NCBI GenBank assembly: GCA_965203805.1
Contig: OZ241917.1
Coordinates: 544,001 to 608,000 of the forward strand
Direction of reading: 5' to 3'
Origin: Candidatus Latescibacterota bacterium
Lineage (GTDB): Bacteria; Latescibacterota; UBA2968; GCA-2709665
DNA: 64,000 bases
In this document: positions 1-10,411 of the stretch, piece by piece
Layout of the letters: every line of letters begins with the position of its first letter
How positions within the stretch are numbered: position 1 is the first letter of the stretch
The notes under the pieces: model-generated
Told to the model about the DNA's origin: nothing
The model's input: only the letters and a program-made list of their open reading frames with translations
Databases searched by the model: none
Position numbers and translations under genes: made by a program

Positions 1-2
1 GC

Positions 3-389
3 TGGACCGGCCTGGCGAGGGTCGTGCGCGGGCGGTTTCTGGCGTTGCGGGAAGAGGATTTCGTGATGGCGGCACGGCTGGGGGGCGCGCGGGAAAGCCG
101 GATCATCGCCAAACACTTGGTGCCGTCGTTCATGAGTTACATCATCGCCGCGCTCACGCTGGCGGTTCCGCAGATGATTCTGGGTGAGACGGCGCTGAGC
201 TTCATCGGGCTGGGTCTGCGGTCGCCCGCGATCAGCTGGGGGGTGCTCCTGCAGGACGCGATGAATATCCGGGCCGTGGCGCATTTCCCGTGGCTTCTGC
301 TGCCGGGCGTGTTCGTCATCGTCGCCGTGCTTGCGTTCAACTTTCTGGGTGACGGGCTGAGAGACGCGGCCGATCCATATACCAGGTAG
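3..389 (+). CDS. Peptide/nickel ABC transporter permease (DppC/OppC-like), 5'-truncated by the window edge
   Basis: Open frame from the window edge ([10 protein letters not shown]...). EAA-like loop [25 protein letters not shown] and C-terminal [13 protein letters not shown]. Confidence 0.93.
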   Translation, partial: WTGLARVVRGRFLALREEDFVMAARLGGARESRIIAKHLVPSFMSYIIAALTLAVPQMILGETALSFIGLGLRSPAISWGVLLQDAMNIRAVAHFPWLLLPGVFVIVAVLAFNFLGDGLRDAADPYTR

Positions 390-397
390 GGGGGACG

Positions 398-1408
398 ATG
401 GATCCATCGGTGTTGCTCGAAGTCCGTGATCTTCGCGCGTATTTCTTCTCGGACGAGGGTACGGTGCGGGCCGTGGACGGGGTGGATTTTCAGATAATGA
501 AGGGTGAGACCCTCGGCGTGGTCGGTGAAAGCGGCTGCGGCAAGAGCGTGACGGCGCAGTCCATCCTTCAGATTCTGCCGAAGAACGGTCGGATTGTCGA
601 AGGCGAGGTGCTGCTGCGCGTCAATGGAAAGGCCGTCGACCTGGCGGGATTGAAGCCGAATGGGAGGGAGATCAGGAAAATCCGCGGCAAGGAAATCGCC
701 ATGATGTTCCAGGAGCCGATGACCTGCCTGAGCCCGGTGCACACCATCGGGAATCAGATCGAAGAGGCCATCAGGTTGCATCGCAGCGCGGACCGGAAGG
801 AGGCCAGGGAGGTCGCGGTCGATATGCTGCGGAAGTGCGGCATTCCGGAACCGGAGCGGAGGGTGGATGCCTATCCCCACCAGCTGAGCGGGGGCATGCG
901 CCAGCGGGCGATGATTGCCATGAGCCTGTCCTGCCGGCCCCGTCTGCTGATCGCCGATGAGCCTACGACGGCGCTGGACGTGACCACGCAGGCGCAGATT
1001 CTGGACCTGCTGAAGGATCTGCAGGAGGAAATCCACACCTCAATCATGATGATTACGCACAACCTGGGCGTGGTCGCGGAACTGGCCGACCACGCGATGG
1101 TGATGTACCTCGGAAAGGTCGTGGAGTTCGCGCGCTGCGATACGATCTTCAACGATCCCGGACATCCGTACACCCGCGCCCTCCTGAGGTCCATTCCACG
1201 GCTGGGAAGCAAGGCGAAGGAAGGCCTGCGCTCCATAGAGGGATCGGTGCCGAACCCGTACGAATTGCCCTCCGGCTGCAAATTCCATCCGCGATGTCCG
1301 GACCGGATCGACGGCGTCTGCGACAGGTACGAGCCGGAGTTGACGACAATCGGCGCCGAACACGGCGTGAGTTGCTTCCTGTATTCCGACCCGTCTTCGC
1401 CATGTTGA
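398..1408 (+). CDS. Oligopeptide/dipeptide ABC transporter ATP-binding subunit (DppD/OppD-like)
   Basis: Walker A GESGCGKS, signature LSGGMRQR, Walker [14 protein letters not shown]-terminal HPYT and GCKFHPRC. Confidence 0.95.
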   Translation: MDPSVLLEVRDLRAYFFSDEGTVRAVDGVDFQIMKGETLGVVGESGCGKSVTAQSILQILPKNGRIVEGEVLLRVNGKAVDLAGLKPNGREIRKIRGKEIAMMFQEPMTCLSPVHTIGNQIEEAIRLHRSADRKEAREVAVDMLRKCGIPEPERRVDAYPHQLSGGMRQRAMIAMSLSCRPRLLIADEPTTALDVTTQAQILDLLKDLQEEIHTSIMMITHNLGVVAELADHAMVMYLGKVVEFARCDTIFNDPGHPYTRALLRSIPRLGSKAKEGLRSIEGSVPNPYELPSGCKFHPRCPDRIDGVCDRYEPELTTIGAEHGVSCFLYSDPSSPC

Positions 1409-1427
1409 TTTCATGATGTAGAAATAA

Positions 1428-1519
1428 ACATGGATGGACAGGATGAAAACCAAAAAAGCACGAGAGAGGCGCGAGAAAACGAGAGAACGAGAAAGGCGCG
1501 AGAAGACGAGCAACGGCAA
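1428..1519. repeat. Purine-rich short-period repeat tract containing a 27-bp-period tandem duplication
   Basis: 1445-1519 has no T. ACGAGAGAGGCGCGAGAAAACGAG (1460-1483) recurs as ACGAGAAAGGCGCGAGAAGACGAG (1487-1510). Preceded by ACATGGATGGACAGGATG. Confidence 0.85.
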
Positions 1520-1575
1520 TGCGCTCAGAACCGGCATCTGCGCGTGAAGCCAGCCATTCGCAAAGAAAGTTGACC

Positions 1576-2604
1576 ATGGCCGACAGCGAAACCGTTCTTC
1601 TGGACGTGAAGAATCTGCGCAAGCATTTCCCCATCACCGAAGGGTTCATGAAGCGGGTGGTCGGGCAGGTGAAGGCAGTGGACGGCGTCAGTTTCGCGGT
1701 GAAGAAACAGGAGACGCTGGGCCTGATCGGCGAGAGCGGGTGCGGCAAGACAACGGTTGGCCGGAGCATCCTGAGGGCGATCGAACCGACCGGCGGAGAG
1801 GTGTTCTTCGAGGATCACGGCCGGATGGTCGACGTCTGCCGCCTTTCACGGAGGGAGTTGAGGTCGTTTCGCAGACACATGCAGATGGTGTTTCAGGATC
1901 CGTACTCCTCGCTGAATCCCCGGATGACCGTTTTCGATATCGTGGCGGAGCCGCTTGTGGTGAACCGGATCGCACGGGGGGCGGAGCTTGAGGACCGGGT
2001 CGCGGAGTTGCTCAGGGTCGTCGGGCTGGACCCGCAGTTCATGCGCCGTTATCCGCACGCGTTCAGCGGCGGGCAGAGACAGCGGATCGGCGTCGCGCGG
2101 GCCCTGGCGTTGAACCCCAGGCTGATCATCGGCGATGAACCGGTTTCGGCGCTGGACGTGTCGGTCCAGGCACAGGTGTTGAACCTGCTCCAGGAACTGC
2201 AGGAGCGTTTGGGCCTGACGTATCTGTTCATTTCTCACGATCTGGCGGTGGTGGAACACATCAGCGACCGGATCGCCATCATGTACGTGGGGCAAATCGT
2301 GGAACTGTCGGACGAGGAAACGCTGTTCGCCACGCCCAGACACCCTTATACGGAAGCGCTGCTTTCGGCCGTCCCAAAGCCCGATCCCTCGTACACGAAG
2401 CGGAAGATCCTGCTGAAGGGCGAAGTGGCCGATCCGGCCAATCCGCCCTCGGGATGCTATTTCCACCCCCGGTGTCCCTACGCCGAGGATCTGTGCCGGG
2501 AGGAGACGCCGGAACTCATTAACGCTTCGCCGCCCGAACACGACCCTCATTTCGTCCGCTGTCACTTCAGCGACACGCTGCAACTGGTAGGAATCGACGC
2601 ATGA
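1576..2604 (+). CDS. Oligopeptide/dipeptide ABC transporter ATP-binding subunit (DppF/OppF-like)
   Basis: [33 protein letters not shown]. Start placed at ATG 1576 ([14 protein letters not shown]), where family similarity begins. Confidence 0.94.
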   Translation: MADSETVLLDVKNLRKHFPITEGFMKRVVGQVKAVDGVSFAVKKQETLGLIGESGCGKTTVGRSILRAIEPTGGEVFFEDHGRMVDVCRLSRRELRSFRRHMQMVFQDPYSSLNPRMTVFDIVAEPLVVNRIARGAELEDRVAELLRVVGLDPQFMRRYPHAFSGGQRQRIGVARALALNPRLIIGDEPVSALDVSVQAQVLNLLQELQERLGLTYLFISHDLAVVEHISDRIAIMYVGQIVELSDEETLFATPRHPYTEALLSAVPKPDPSYTKRKILLKGEVADPANPPSGCYFHPRCPYAEDLCREETPELINASPPEHDPHFVRCHFSDTLQLVGIDA

Positions 2605-4529
2605 CGAAGTCGCGCAAACGGTCCTTCAGGAAGCCGTGTCTCGCGTTCCACGCCTTCATCCTTCTCGCATGTCAGCTCTGTCTGACGGATTGCGTCCCGG
2701 CCTCTCCCGAGGCGTTGAATGAGGCGCCGGCGCTGAGCGAACGCGTCCGCGCGGGACAGCTCCCGCCGGTTCGGGAGCGCCTGCCCGAGTCGCCGGCAGT
2801 CGTGCATCCCCTGGAGCGGACCGGCAGTTACGGCGGTACGTGGCGGCGCGTGCACATGGGCATGCCGGACCGTGCCGGCTGGATGCGTCTTACGTACGAT
2901 CCGCTCCTGCGCTGGTCGAAGGATTACGCCAGGGTCGAGCCCAATCTCGCCCGTTCGTGGGAGGTCTCGGAGGACGGAAGGGAGTTTACGTTCAATTTGC
3001 GAAAAGGGATTCGCTGGTCCGACGGGGCGCCGTTTACCGCGGACGATTACATGTTCTGGTACGAGGACGTGATCCTTAACGACGATCTGAATCCCGTCAA
3101 GCCGAGCTGGCTCACCATCGCCGGCGAACTGGGCATTGTCGAACGACTGGACGACCACACGATCCGGTTTCGTTTCGTGAAACCGAACGGCGTCATCCTG
3201 CAGTGGCTGGCATCGTGGACGGACGTGGTTGCGGGACCGGCGCCGAAACACTACCTCAAGCGGTTTCATCCCAACTATGTACCGGAAGCAGTACTGGATT
3301 CCATTGTGTTCGCGGAAGGATATGACACGTGGATGGCGCTGTACGAAACCAAGAGCAGCGCATTTCTGAATCCCGACCGGCCCGTTCTTTGCGCGTGGCA
3401 GGCGAGAACGGGGGCGGACGCGGCCATCTTCATCGCGGAGCGCAACCCCTACTACTGGAAGGTGGACCCGGAAGGCAATCAGCTGCCGTACATCGACCGG
3501 GTGGAAATGACGCTCGTACAGAGCGCGGAGACGGTGACGCTCAAGGCCATCGCCGGGGAGATCGATATGCAGAGCCGGCGGGTCGAATTCATGAATTATC
3601 CGTTGTTGATGGAGCACCGGGAGAGCGGCGGATACCGGGTTCTGCGGTGGAAGCCGGCCACCACGGGGCAGGGGACCGTGTATCTGAATCAGAACTATTC
3701 CCACCAGGACTCCGTGATGGGCGCCCTGCTCAGGAACCGCACGTTCAGGCGGGCGTTGTCTCTGGGCATCGACCGACGGCAGATGATCGACCTGTTCTAC
3801 ATGGGGGTGACCGAGCCCAGGCAGGTTGTCCCGTATATCGATGAATTGCACGGTGTACCTGGTACCGATACAATGTACACTTCGTTCGATCTGAATCAGG
3901 CGAACCGCCTTCTGGACGAAGTCGGACTCGACAGGCGGGACAGTGCGGGATACCGGCTGCGTCCCGATGGCAAAAGGCTGAAGTTCACGATTGCCGGATT
4001 CACACCTGGAAACGCTTACGTGGACGTGGCGGAACTGCTGGCCTCCCAGTGGACCGCGCTGGGCATCCAGTCCACGGTCAAACCGGAAGACGTGGCCTTG
4101 TGGGTGACGCGCGCCACGGCAGGGGAACACCACGTTTCCGTCTATGCCGCATCCGGCGGGTTCCGGCCGATGATGGATCCGGTCTGGTTCTTCCCGTCGG
4201 CGTCGACGGCCTACTGGGCGCCGCTGCACGGGCTCTGGTACACCAGTGGCGGGAGGGCCGGAGAAAAACCGACCGGCGAAATTGCCCGTATCGTGGAGAT
4301 TTATGAGCAGGCGATGACCACGGTGGACGAAGCGGAGCAGGTGGCGCTGGTGAAGCAGGCGGTGCGACTGCACTCGGAGAATCTCTGGCGGATCGGCGTG
4401 TGCGGAGGGTTCGACCAGGTATTCGTGGTCAAAAACGACTTCCGCAACGTCCCCGAAGTCGGTCTGGGCGACAACCCGCTGTTAACGCCGGGATACACGC
4501 ACCCGGAGCAGTACTTCTTCGACCGGTAG
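2601..4529 (+). CDS. ABC transporter substrate-binding protein, family 5
   Basis: N-terminal signal-like segment; [20 protein letters not shown]-terminus; [17 protein letters not shown]; [20 protein letters not shown]. Overlaps the previous stop (ATGA). Confidence 0.93.
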   Translation: MTKSRKRSFRKPCLAFHAFILLACQLCLTDCVPASPEALNEAPALSERVRAGQLPPVRERLPESPAVVHPLERTGSYGGTWRRVHMGMPDRAGWMRLTYDPLLRWSKDYARVEPNLARSWEVSEDGREFTFNLRKGIRWSDGAPFTADDYMFWYEDVILNDDLNPVKPSWLTIAGELGIVERLDDHTIRFRFVKPNGVILQWLASWTDVVAGPAPKHYLKRFHPNYVPEAVLDSIVFAEGYDTWMALYETKSSAFLNPDRPVLCAWQARTGADAAIFIAERNPYYWKVDPEGNQLPYIDRVEMTLVQSAETVTLKAIAGEIDMQSRRVEFMNYPLLMEHRESGGYRVLRWKPATTGQGTVYLNQNYSHQDSVMGALLRNRTFRRALSLGIDRRQMIDLFYMGVTEPRQVVPYIDELHGVPGTDTMYTSFDLNQANRLLDEVGLDRRDSAGYRLRPDGKRLKFTIAGFTPGNAYVDVAELLASQWTALGIQSTVKPEDVALWVTRATAGEHHVSVYAASGGFRPMMDPVWFFPSASTAYWAPLHGLWYTSGGRAGEKPTGEIARIVEIYEQAMTTVDEAEQVALVKQAVRLHSENLWRIGVCGGFDQVFVVKNDFRNVPEVGLGDNPLLTPGYTHPEQYFFDR

Positions 4530-4570
4530 GGCCGTAGCTCCGCGTCCGGTATTCCCCGGCGGTATCGAAC

Positions 4571-4603
4571 AAAAAAGGAAGTTGAGAATGGTCCTCAACT
4601 TCC
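4571..4603 (-). terminator. Intrinsic terminator downstream of tRNA-Arg
   Basis: Stem GGAAGTTGAG (4577-4586) / CTCAACTTCC (4594-4603), preceded by A6 on +, which is a U6 tail on the - strand. Confidence 0.85.
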
Positions 4604-4614
4604 CTTGATATATC

Positions 4615-4691
4615 TGGTGCGGATGCCAGGATTCGAACCCGGAACCGCCTGGTCCGTAGCCAGGTGCTCTATCCAGTTGAGCCACATCCGC
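4615..4691 (-). tRNA. tRNA-Arg(ACG)
   Basis: Reverse complement GCGGATGTGGCTCAACTGGATAGAGCACCTGGCTACGGACCAGGCGGTTCCGGGTTCGAATCCTGGCATCCGCACCA: 7-bp acceptor stem, anticodon arm CCTGG-CT ACG GA-CCAGG, TTCGAAT loop, encoded CCA. Confidence 0.97.
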
Positions 4692-4739
4692 ACCGTATTG
4701 ATCGGCCCGAGCGCAGGTCCAGCGATTTTACGGCCACAT

Positions 4740-4768
4740 AAATTAACCAAAACACTCCGAGGTGTCAA
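4740..4768 (-). promoter_or_regulatory. sigma70-type promoter for tRNA-Arg
   Basis: - strand TTGACA-17 nt-TAATTT, about 50 nt upstream of the tRNA 5' end. Confidence 0.7.
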
Positions 4769-4804
4769 GGAATCCGGGAGTACCAACAACAGCGGGAGGG
4801 TACG

Positions 4805-6889
4805 GTGAGCGAACTTGAAGCCCCTGTATATGTAGCCGGCGAATTCTGGCGGCAGGTAAAGCGGGACGTCTCGGGTCTGGATCTGCCGGAAGATGTGTCG
4901 GACCCGGAGGACGAAGCGGCCGCCTGGCGGGCGTGGCACGCGTATCTTGCCGCCAGGCCGGAGCCCACCTGGCACTTCGATTCGGAGCGGTTCGGCGATG
5001 CCGTTCGCACGCACTGGCCGGGCCTTGCGCGCGTCTGGATCGATCAGTCGGACCTGCTGATCGAAGGAAAGATGATCTACGGCGAGGGCGCGGTGCCCTA
5101 TGTGCCGGGTGAGGGTCTGGACTGGAACGCGAACCCGGACAAGACCATGAACTGGGGCGGAATCCACTATATGTTCTTCATAAGGTGGCCGATTCGCGCG
5201 GCGATGTTGACCGGGGACGGGAAGTACGTCAGGGCGGTCGGGGACTGCATGCGAAGCTATCTGGAACAGATGGACGATATCCGGGACGAAGCGGGCGTAA
5301 TGGGGCGCGGCCCCGAGGCAGGCGGATTCTACGCCGTCTGGAATACGCTCGCTGTCGGGTTGAAGTTGAAAGCGCTGGGCGAAGCGCTCTACGCGTTGCG
5401 CGCCCATCCGGACTGGAGCGCGCAGGACTGCCGCGCCGTATCCATCATGATCTGGCGCCTTGGGCGGCATTTGCATGGGCAGGTGACGTCTCAGACGGCG
5501 GTGGAATGGCAGCAGCAGTTGAATTTCATCTCCTCGGGCAGCGGCGGACTGGGGGGCGTCGGCGCACTGCTGCCTGAGTGGGAGGCCGGGGAGGGTTGGC
5601 TGGAAACCGCCCGGCAGATTCAGGAGGTGCTGCTCCTGAACCAGGTGTATCCGGACGGGTTTCAGAAGGAAATCTGCACGCAGTACCACAAGACGGTCAT
5701 CCGTTCCTTTGCCACGCTGCAGATGATACTGGCTCGCCGCGGAATTCCGAGCTTTTACGATTCGGAGCCCTTCCGGTCCCGGTTTCTTGCGATGCACCGT
5801 TTCCTGGCCGAGATTCTGACGCCGGACGGATTCACGCCGGCCATCAATTCGGCGGTGTACGCACAGGACTGGCCGGCGTTTCTGGCCGCGGGCAATTCCT
5901 TCTTCAAGGATCCGGTGCTTCAGTGGCACATCGACCGTGGTTACCATCCAGAACACGTACCGGTGCAGAAGGGCGGTCCCGGTTGGGGCAATACGATTCT
6001 GAACGACCTGTGCGTCCCCAAACCCGGTGGGGCGTCCGTTCGGGCGCCTGCGCCGGATTCGCGCCTGTTTCCCGATTCAGGTGTTGCCGTGCTCCGCGAC
6101 GGGTGGGACCGCGACGCCAATGTACTGGTCCTGGATTTCGGACATCCCGAAGGCGGGCACGCCTACGGGGGGCAGGCTTCGTTCTCCGCCTGGGTGAAGG
6201 GGCGACCCGCGGCACTGTCACCGGGTTCGCCTTTCGCATACAGCGATCCGGAATACAAACCCTGGTACGTCAGCACACAGGGCCAGAACACGGTCTGGAT
6301 CGACGGCGAAGACCAGGAATTATGGCGCCCGGGCAACAAACGTCGCATCTGGGGCCGGCTGCTGGACTGGCGGGAGACGGAGGAGGAAACCCGCATACGC
6401 GTATCACACGACGGATACCTGCGGTCGAAGGGCGTGCGGCACGAACGCACGGTGTTACTCAGAAAGGGAACGTATTTCCTGATTTACGACCTGCTCGATG
6501 CTGCGGGCAGCGACGAACCGCGCTCGATGCGCTGGACCCTGCGCTGTCCGGACGCACTGCGGGAGGGAGGCGGCCGCGTGGTGATCAGCGACGGCGCCCC
6601 GGGCGTCAGGCTGGCGCCCGCCTGGGCCGAGGCGATCCGCGAGGTGGAGATCGGATGGGGGCCGAGCATGGTCCCGCTGACCTATCGTCCGGATATGTCG
6701 GCCCAGAAGGCCCGGATCTGCCACGCCAGGTTCGTGCAGGACGTGGACGCCGGCGGGCAGGCGCGTTTTCTCGTGCTTATGGCGTCGGGGGACTGTTCGG
6801 ACGCGGCGGTACACGCGCAGCAGGTCGACGGCGACGTTGCGGCCACCGTTACCGCGTGGGGCGAAACCGACCGCATCGTTCTGAAATGA
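4805..6889 (+). CDS. Heparinase II/III-family (polysaccharide lyase-like) protein
   Basis: GGGAGG RBS before GTG. QVYPDGFQKEICTQYH, TPDGFTPAIN, FPDSGVAVLRDGW, DFGHPEGGHA, QNTVWIDG, HDGY and HERTV match the heparinase II/III layout. Confidence 0.8.
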   Translation: MSELEAPVYVAGEFWRQVKRDVSGLDLPEDVSDPEDEAAAWRAWHAYLAARPEPTWHFDSERFGDAVRTHWPGLARVWIDQSDLLIEGKMIYGEGAVPYVPGEGLDWNANPDKTMNWGGIHYMFFIRWPIRAAMLTGDGKYVRAVGDCMRSYLEQMDDIRDEAGVMGRGPEAGGFYAVWNTLAVGLKLKALGEALYALRAHPDWSAQDCRAVSIMIWRLGRHLHGQVTSQTAVEWQQQLNFISSGSGGLGGVGALLPEWEAGEGWLETARQIQEVLLLNQVYPDGFQKEICTQYHKTVIRSFATLQMILARRGIPSFYDSEPFRSRFLAMHRFLAEILTPDGFTPAINSAVYAQDWPAFLAAGNSFFKDPVLQWHIDRGYHPEHVPVQKGGPGWGNTILNDLCVPKPGGASVRAPAPDSRLFPDSGVAVLRDGWDRDANVLVLDFGHPEGGHAYGGQASFSAWVKGRPAALSPGSPFAYSDPEYKPWYVSTQGQNTVWIDGEDQELWRPGNKRRIWGRLLDWRETEEETRIRVSHDGYLRSKGVRHERTVLLRKGTYFLIYDLLDAAGSDEPRSMRWTLRCPDALREGGGRVVISDGAPGVRLAPAWAEAIREVEIGWGPSMVPLTYRPDMSAQKARICHARFVQDVDAGGQARFLVLMASGDCSDAAVHAQQVDGDVAATVTAWGETDRIVLK

Positions 6890-6893
6890 CCGG

Positions 6894-8606
6894 ATGAACA
6901 CCGGAGGCACGCAGGAGGTGACGGAGCAGGCGACGAAATTTCAGGTCCGAGTCGAGCGCAACGTCGAAGCAACGATGCGTGACGGCGTCGTCCTCCGGGC
7001 GGACGTTGCCCGGCCCGATGCGCGGGGAAGGTTTCCGGCGCTCGTTCAACGTACTCCGTACGGAAAAGCGGCAAATACGCAACTGGCGGAGGCGGGGTAC
7101 GTCGTCATTTCCCAGGACATGCGCGGTCGGTACGCGTCAGACGGCGAGTTCACGCCCATGTTCATGCCTGGCTACCAGGATGCCGCTGACGGATACGATA
7201 CCGTGGAGTGGGCCGCAAGGTTGCCGTACACGGACGGAAAGGTGGGCGTGTACGGCATCTCGTACCCTTCATGGGCGTCGTGGGAACTGGCGTCCGTCAG
7301 GCCGCCGCACCTGGTCGCCATGTTCAACGGCGGGTACGCCACGCGTCTGACCGACTGGGAACTGGGCGGCGTGTTGCGCACCGGCCGGGTGCAGCAATGG
7401 CTCTTCCGCTCCCTGGGCCCGGACCTGCGCCGCCGCGCCGGTCTGCCGGGACCGCATACGCCGGCTGAAGCCGGGGAATCCGCCGGCAAGGACCGCGAGA
7501 AACCGCTCTGGTTCGTGCCGTTGAAGGACTTGCCAGACGAATACGCGGCCGGATGCCGGACCATCTGGCATTATTGGCTGGACCACCATCACAACGATAT
7601 TTTCGATTTCGGCGAACGGCACGGGGACGTGGACGTGCCGGTCCTCCACATGACGGGATGGCACGACCGGTTGGTCCTGACGGTGGATCACTTCACGGGC
7701 ATGCGGAAAAACGGACGCTCCCGGGCCGCTCGAAAGTCGCAGCGGCTGATTGTCGGCCCATGGTCGCACGGATCGCAGGGTCCCCGGCGGGTCGGCGAAA
7801 TGGATTTCGGAAAATCGGCGGCGGTCGATTTCACCGCGCTGATGGTACGCTGGTTCGACTACTGGCTCAAGGGGAAGCCGAATGGCATGATGCGTACGGC
7901 GCCCGTGCGGTATTTCGTAATGGGAGAGAACCGGTGGCGAACGGCACCCGCATGGCCGGTACCGGATGCGAAGTCGTTGTCGTTGCACCTGGTCTCCGAC
8001 GGCGGCGCCATCGGCGCATCGGGAAGCGGGAGGCTGGTCAGAAGACCTCCACCGGGCCGTGGCAGCGACCGGTACGAGTACGACCCGCGCGATCCGGTGA
8101 TGTCGCTTTTTTACGAGAGTTGCCAGGATGCGCCGTACGATCAGCGGCGTCTGGACGGCCGGCGGGACGTACTCGTGTATCAGACCCGCCGCCTGAAGAC
8201 GGGCGTCCGCGCGGTCAGCCGTCCGGAAGTGGTGCTGCACGCGGCGTCCAGCGCCAGGGACACCGACTTTATCGTCAAGTTGATGGACGTCCATCCGGAC
8301 GGGTTCGTCCATCAGGTGAGCTATGGAATCGTTCGGGCGAGATTCCGGAACGGGTTCGACAGCCCCGAGCCGCTCTTGACGGGAAAGGTCTACCAGTACC
8401 GGATTTCAATGCTCCCCACGGCCGTCCTCTTCCGCCCCGGCCACAGGATCCGGCTGGACGTGACGAGTTCGGATTTTCCGAATTTCGACCGGAATCACAA
8501 CACCGGCGGAGACGACTACGCGGAGGCCGGTTTCGTGATCGCCCGTCAGGAGATATTCCACGGGCCCGGTCGGCTTTCGCGGGTTGTCCTCCCGGTGTCG
8601 GATTGA
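6894..8606 (+). CDS. CocE/NonD family serine hydrolase
   Basis: MRDGVVLRADV, RTPY, QDMRGRYASDG, nucleophile GISY, GWHD, GPWSH, C-terminal SSDFPNFDRNHNTG. Confidence 0.92.
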   Translation: MNTGGTQEVTEQATKFQVRVERNVEATMRDGVVLRADVARPDARGRFPALVQRTPYGKAANTQLAEAGYVVISQDMRGRYASDGEFTPMFMPGYQDAADGYDTVEWAARLPYTDGKVGVYGISYPSWASWELASVRPPHLVAMFNGGYATRLTDWELGGVLRTGRVQQWLFRSLGPDLRRRAGLPGPHTPAEAGESAGKDREKPLWFVPLKDLPDEYAAGCRTIWHYWLDHHHNDIFDFGERHGDVDVPVLHMTGWHDRLVLTVDHFTGMRKNGRSRAARKSQRLIVGPWSHGSQGPRRVGEMDFGKSAAVDFTALMVRWFDYWLKGKPNGMMRTAPVRYFVMGENRWRTAPAWPVPDAKSLSLHLVSDGGAIGASGSGRLVRRPPPGRGSDRYEYDPRDPVMSLFYESCQDAPYDQRRLDGRRDVLVYQTRRLKTGVRAVSRPEVVLHAASSARDTDFIVKLMDVHPDGFVHQVSYGIVRARFRNGFDSPEPLLTGKVYQYRISMLPTAVLFRPGHRIRLDVTSSDFPNFDRNHNTGGDDYAEAGFVIARQEIFHGPGRLSRVVLPVSD

Positions 8607-8618
8607 CGTTTCGCGGCC

Positions 8619-8647
8619 TTGACACCCGCCGGCGGCGGGCGTATTTT
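8619..8647 (+). promoter_or_regulatory. sigma70-type promoter with a palindromic spacer
   Basis: TTGACA-17 nt (CCCGCCGGCGGCGGGCG)-TATTTT upstream of the beta-helix gene. Confidence 0.6.
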
Positions 8648-8734
8648 GAAGCCTCCGGGAGTCGATGCCGATCTTTCCGCGGGGGACGAGTCGGCGCGTC
8701 CGGATTCTGGAGATTGAGGAATGGAGACAGAGCG

Positions 8735-9997
8735 ATGATCGATCTCGCGACCAACCGGCCGATCACGGCGCGGCGGGACATGGTGCTGACAGTGGGTCAG
8801 GACGAAGGGGACCTCCAGGGGACTGACGACAAAGCGCTCCAGGCCGGCGCGGACTATCTCCGGCGGCTCGGGGGCGGAATCCTGCAGGTTCTTCCCGGTG
8901 TGTATACCATGCGGAACGCGTTGTACCTGCATGCGGGCCTCACGGTTCGGGGTGAAGGCGACGCGACCGTGCTGAAGAAAGCGACCGGGTTCAGGACCGA
9001 ACTGGTTCGGGATTCGGACTGGTACGAGGCGCGTGTGGCGGTCCGCGACGCATCCGGGTTCAGCGCGGGGGACGGCGTGATGCTTCGGGCGTTTCGAGGC
9101 GGAGACGGCCGGATGGAGGTCGTGAAAGATACCGTGACGGCGGTGGAAGACAACCTGATTTCGTTGAGCATGCGGATCTACAAGAACATGTGGCTGGAAG
9201 AGCGCGCGACGCTGGCTACGGTTTTCCCGATCCTGACCGCGGAAGAGGGCGTCCACGACGTTCGGATCGAGGACCTCGTGCTGGACGGGAACCGCGAGAA
9301 GAATGAAGAGATAAACGGGAACTATTCCGGCGCGGTGTTTCTGCAGCGTTGTCACCGGTACCGGTTCTCCAACGTGACCGCGCGGAACTACAATGGCGAC
9401 GGGTTCAGCTTTCAGGTCTGCGACGACTTCGTCTTCGACAACTGCGTGTCCCGGGGCAACGCGAATCTGGGGTTTCACCCCGGCAGCGGGTCTCAGCGGC
9501 CGGTGTTCCGGAACTGCCGGTCCACCGCAAACAGCCAGGGCATCTTCTTCTGCTGGGGGGTGTCGGACGGGCTCGCCGAGGATTGTACCTGTTCGGACAA
9601 TCTCGACTTCGGCATCTCGATCGGGCACCGTGATACTGACAATCGGATCCGGAACTGTACCATTGAGCGCAACCACAAGGTTGGCGTGCTGTTTCGGGAG
9701 CCCCTGTCGGAATTCAGGGGCGCCCACAGGAACGTCGTGGCTTCCTGCAGGATCCGGGACAACGGATTCGCCGCGGACGGCGCCGGCGTGGACATTCGCG
9801 GGGAGACCCACCACGTCGAGATTCGCGATTGCCGGATCGAAGACACCGGCGAGGGAAAACAGAAGATCGGCATCCGGATCGACGAAGGGGCGAGAGATAC
9901 CGTCGTCAGGGGTAATCAGTTCGTGAATCTCGAGGAAGACGTCAGGGCACGAGGCGCGAACGAGGCCGTCACGATCAAAAGGCGCGGCATGCGCTAA
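8735..9997 (+). CDS. Right-handed parallel beta-helix repeat protein (pectate lyase-like fold)
   Basis: Probable start ATG 8735 after GGAG (MIDLATNRP..). GTDDKALQAG..GGGIL..PGVY cap followed by repeated N-x-x-x-G turns (NYNGDG, NANLG, NSQG, NLDFG, NHKVG). Confidence 0.82.
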   Translation: MIDLATNRPITARRDMVLTVGQDEGDLQGTDDKALQAGADYLRRLGGGILQVLPGVYTMRNALYLHAGLTVRGEGDATVLKKATGFRTELVRDSDWYEARVAVRDASGFSAGDGVMLRAFRGGDGRMEVVKDTVTAVEDNLISLSMRIYKNMWLEERATLATVFPILTAEEGVHDVRIEDLVLDGNREKNEEINGNYSGAVFLQRCHRYRFSNVTARNYNGDGFSFQVCDDFVFDNCVSRGNANLGFHPGSGSQRPVFRNCRSTANSQGIFFCWGVSDGLAEDCTCSDNLDFGISIGHRDTDNRIRNCTIERNHKVGVLFREPLSEFRGAHRNVVASCRIRDNGFAADGAGVDIRGETHHVEIRDCRIEDTGEGKQKIGIRIDEGARDTVVRGNQFVNLEEDVRARGANEAVTIKRRGMR

Positions 9998-10127
9998 GCG
10001 GACGCCTTTTCAACGGCTCGACAACCCATTGAGCGGCAGTGGAGTTGAACGGCGAATAAAGCGGATACCCGTGACAATTCGTGGCTGAATCAGGGTAGAT
10101 GACTCGTTTCATTTGAGGGGGCAATTC

Positions 10128-10361
10128 ATGTCGGTTTCGTTGAACGAAGCGGAATTGAAGGACAAGGCGATCCGGTACCTGAAAACGCAATACGGTGAGG
10201 ATACAGTACGGATGGACATCCGGAACAACGGCGTCGAAGACGGAAGCGGAGTCTTCCACGTGGACTGTACCGTGAGCGTGGGCGGATCGCTTTCGGACTG
10301 GACGAAGTGGTTCACGTTCCGGCAGGGCGAAGTGTCGAGTATGCGCTGGCAGATGCGGTAG
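10128..10361 (+). CDS. Small hypothetical protein (77 aa)
   Basis: GAGGGG RBS, ATG 10128, globular-looking sequence MSVSLNEAELKDKAIRYLKTQYGED..., coding-like codon use. Confidence 0.7.
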   Translation: MSVSLNEAELKDKAIRYLKTQYGEDTVRMDIRNNGVEDGSGVFHVDCTVSVGGSLSDWTKWFTFRQGEVSSMRWQMR

Positions 10362-10411
10362 GTTGCGCCCCGGCGCGTCCATGAAAACGAGCCGGAATCC
10401 GGAGGACGGCA

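Noticed and set aside
1460-1510. Repeat tract as a mini-CRISPR
   Set aside because: Two near-adjacent copies separated by 3 nt, no spacers, no cas genes.
4615-4640. tRNA-Arg 3' end as an island attachment site
   Set aside because: No integrase and no duplicate of the tRNA 3' end seen in the window; the tRNA is followed directly by its terminator.
7553-8734. N-terminal 394 aa of the 814-aa ORF (apparent fusion or frameshift with cocE)
   Set aside because: Out-of-frame overlap with an intact cocE. The beta-helix gene has its own promoter, RBS and ATG at 8735.
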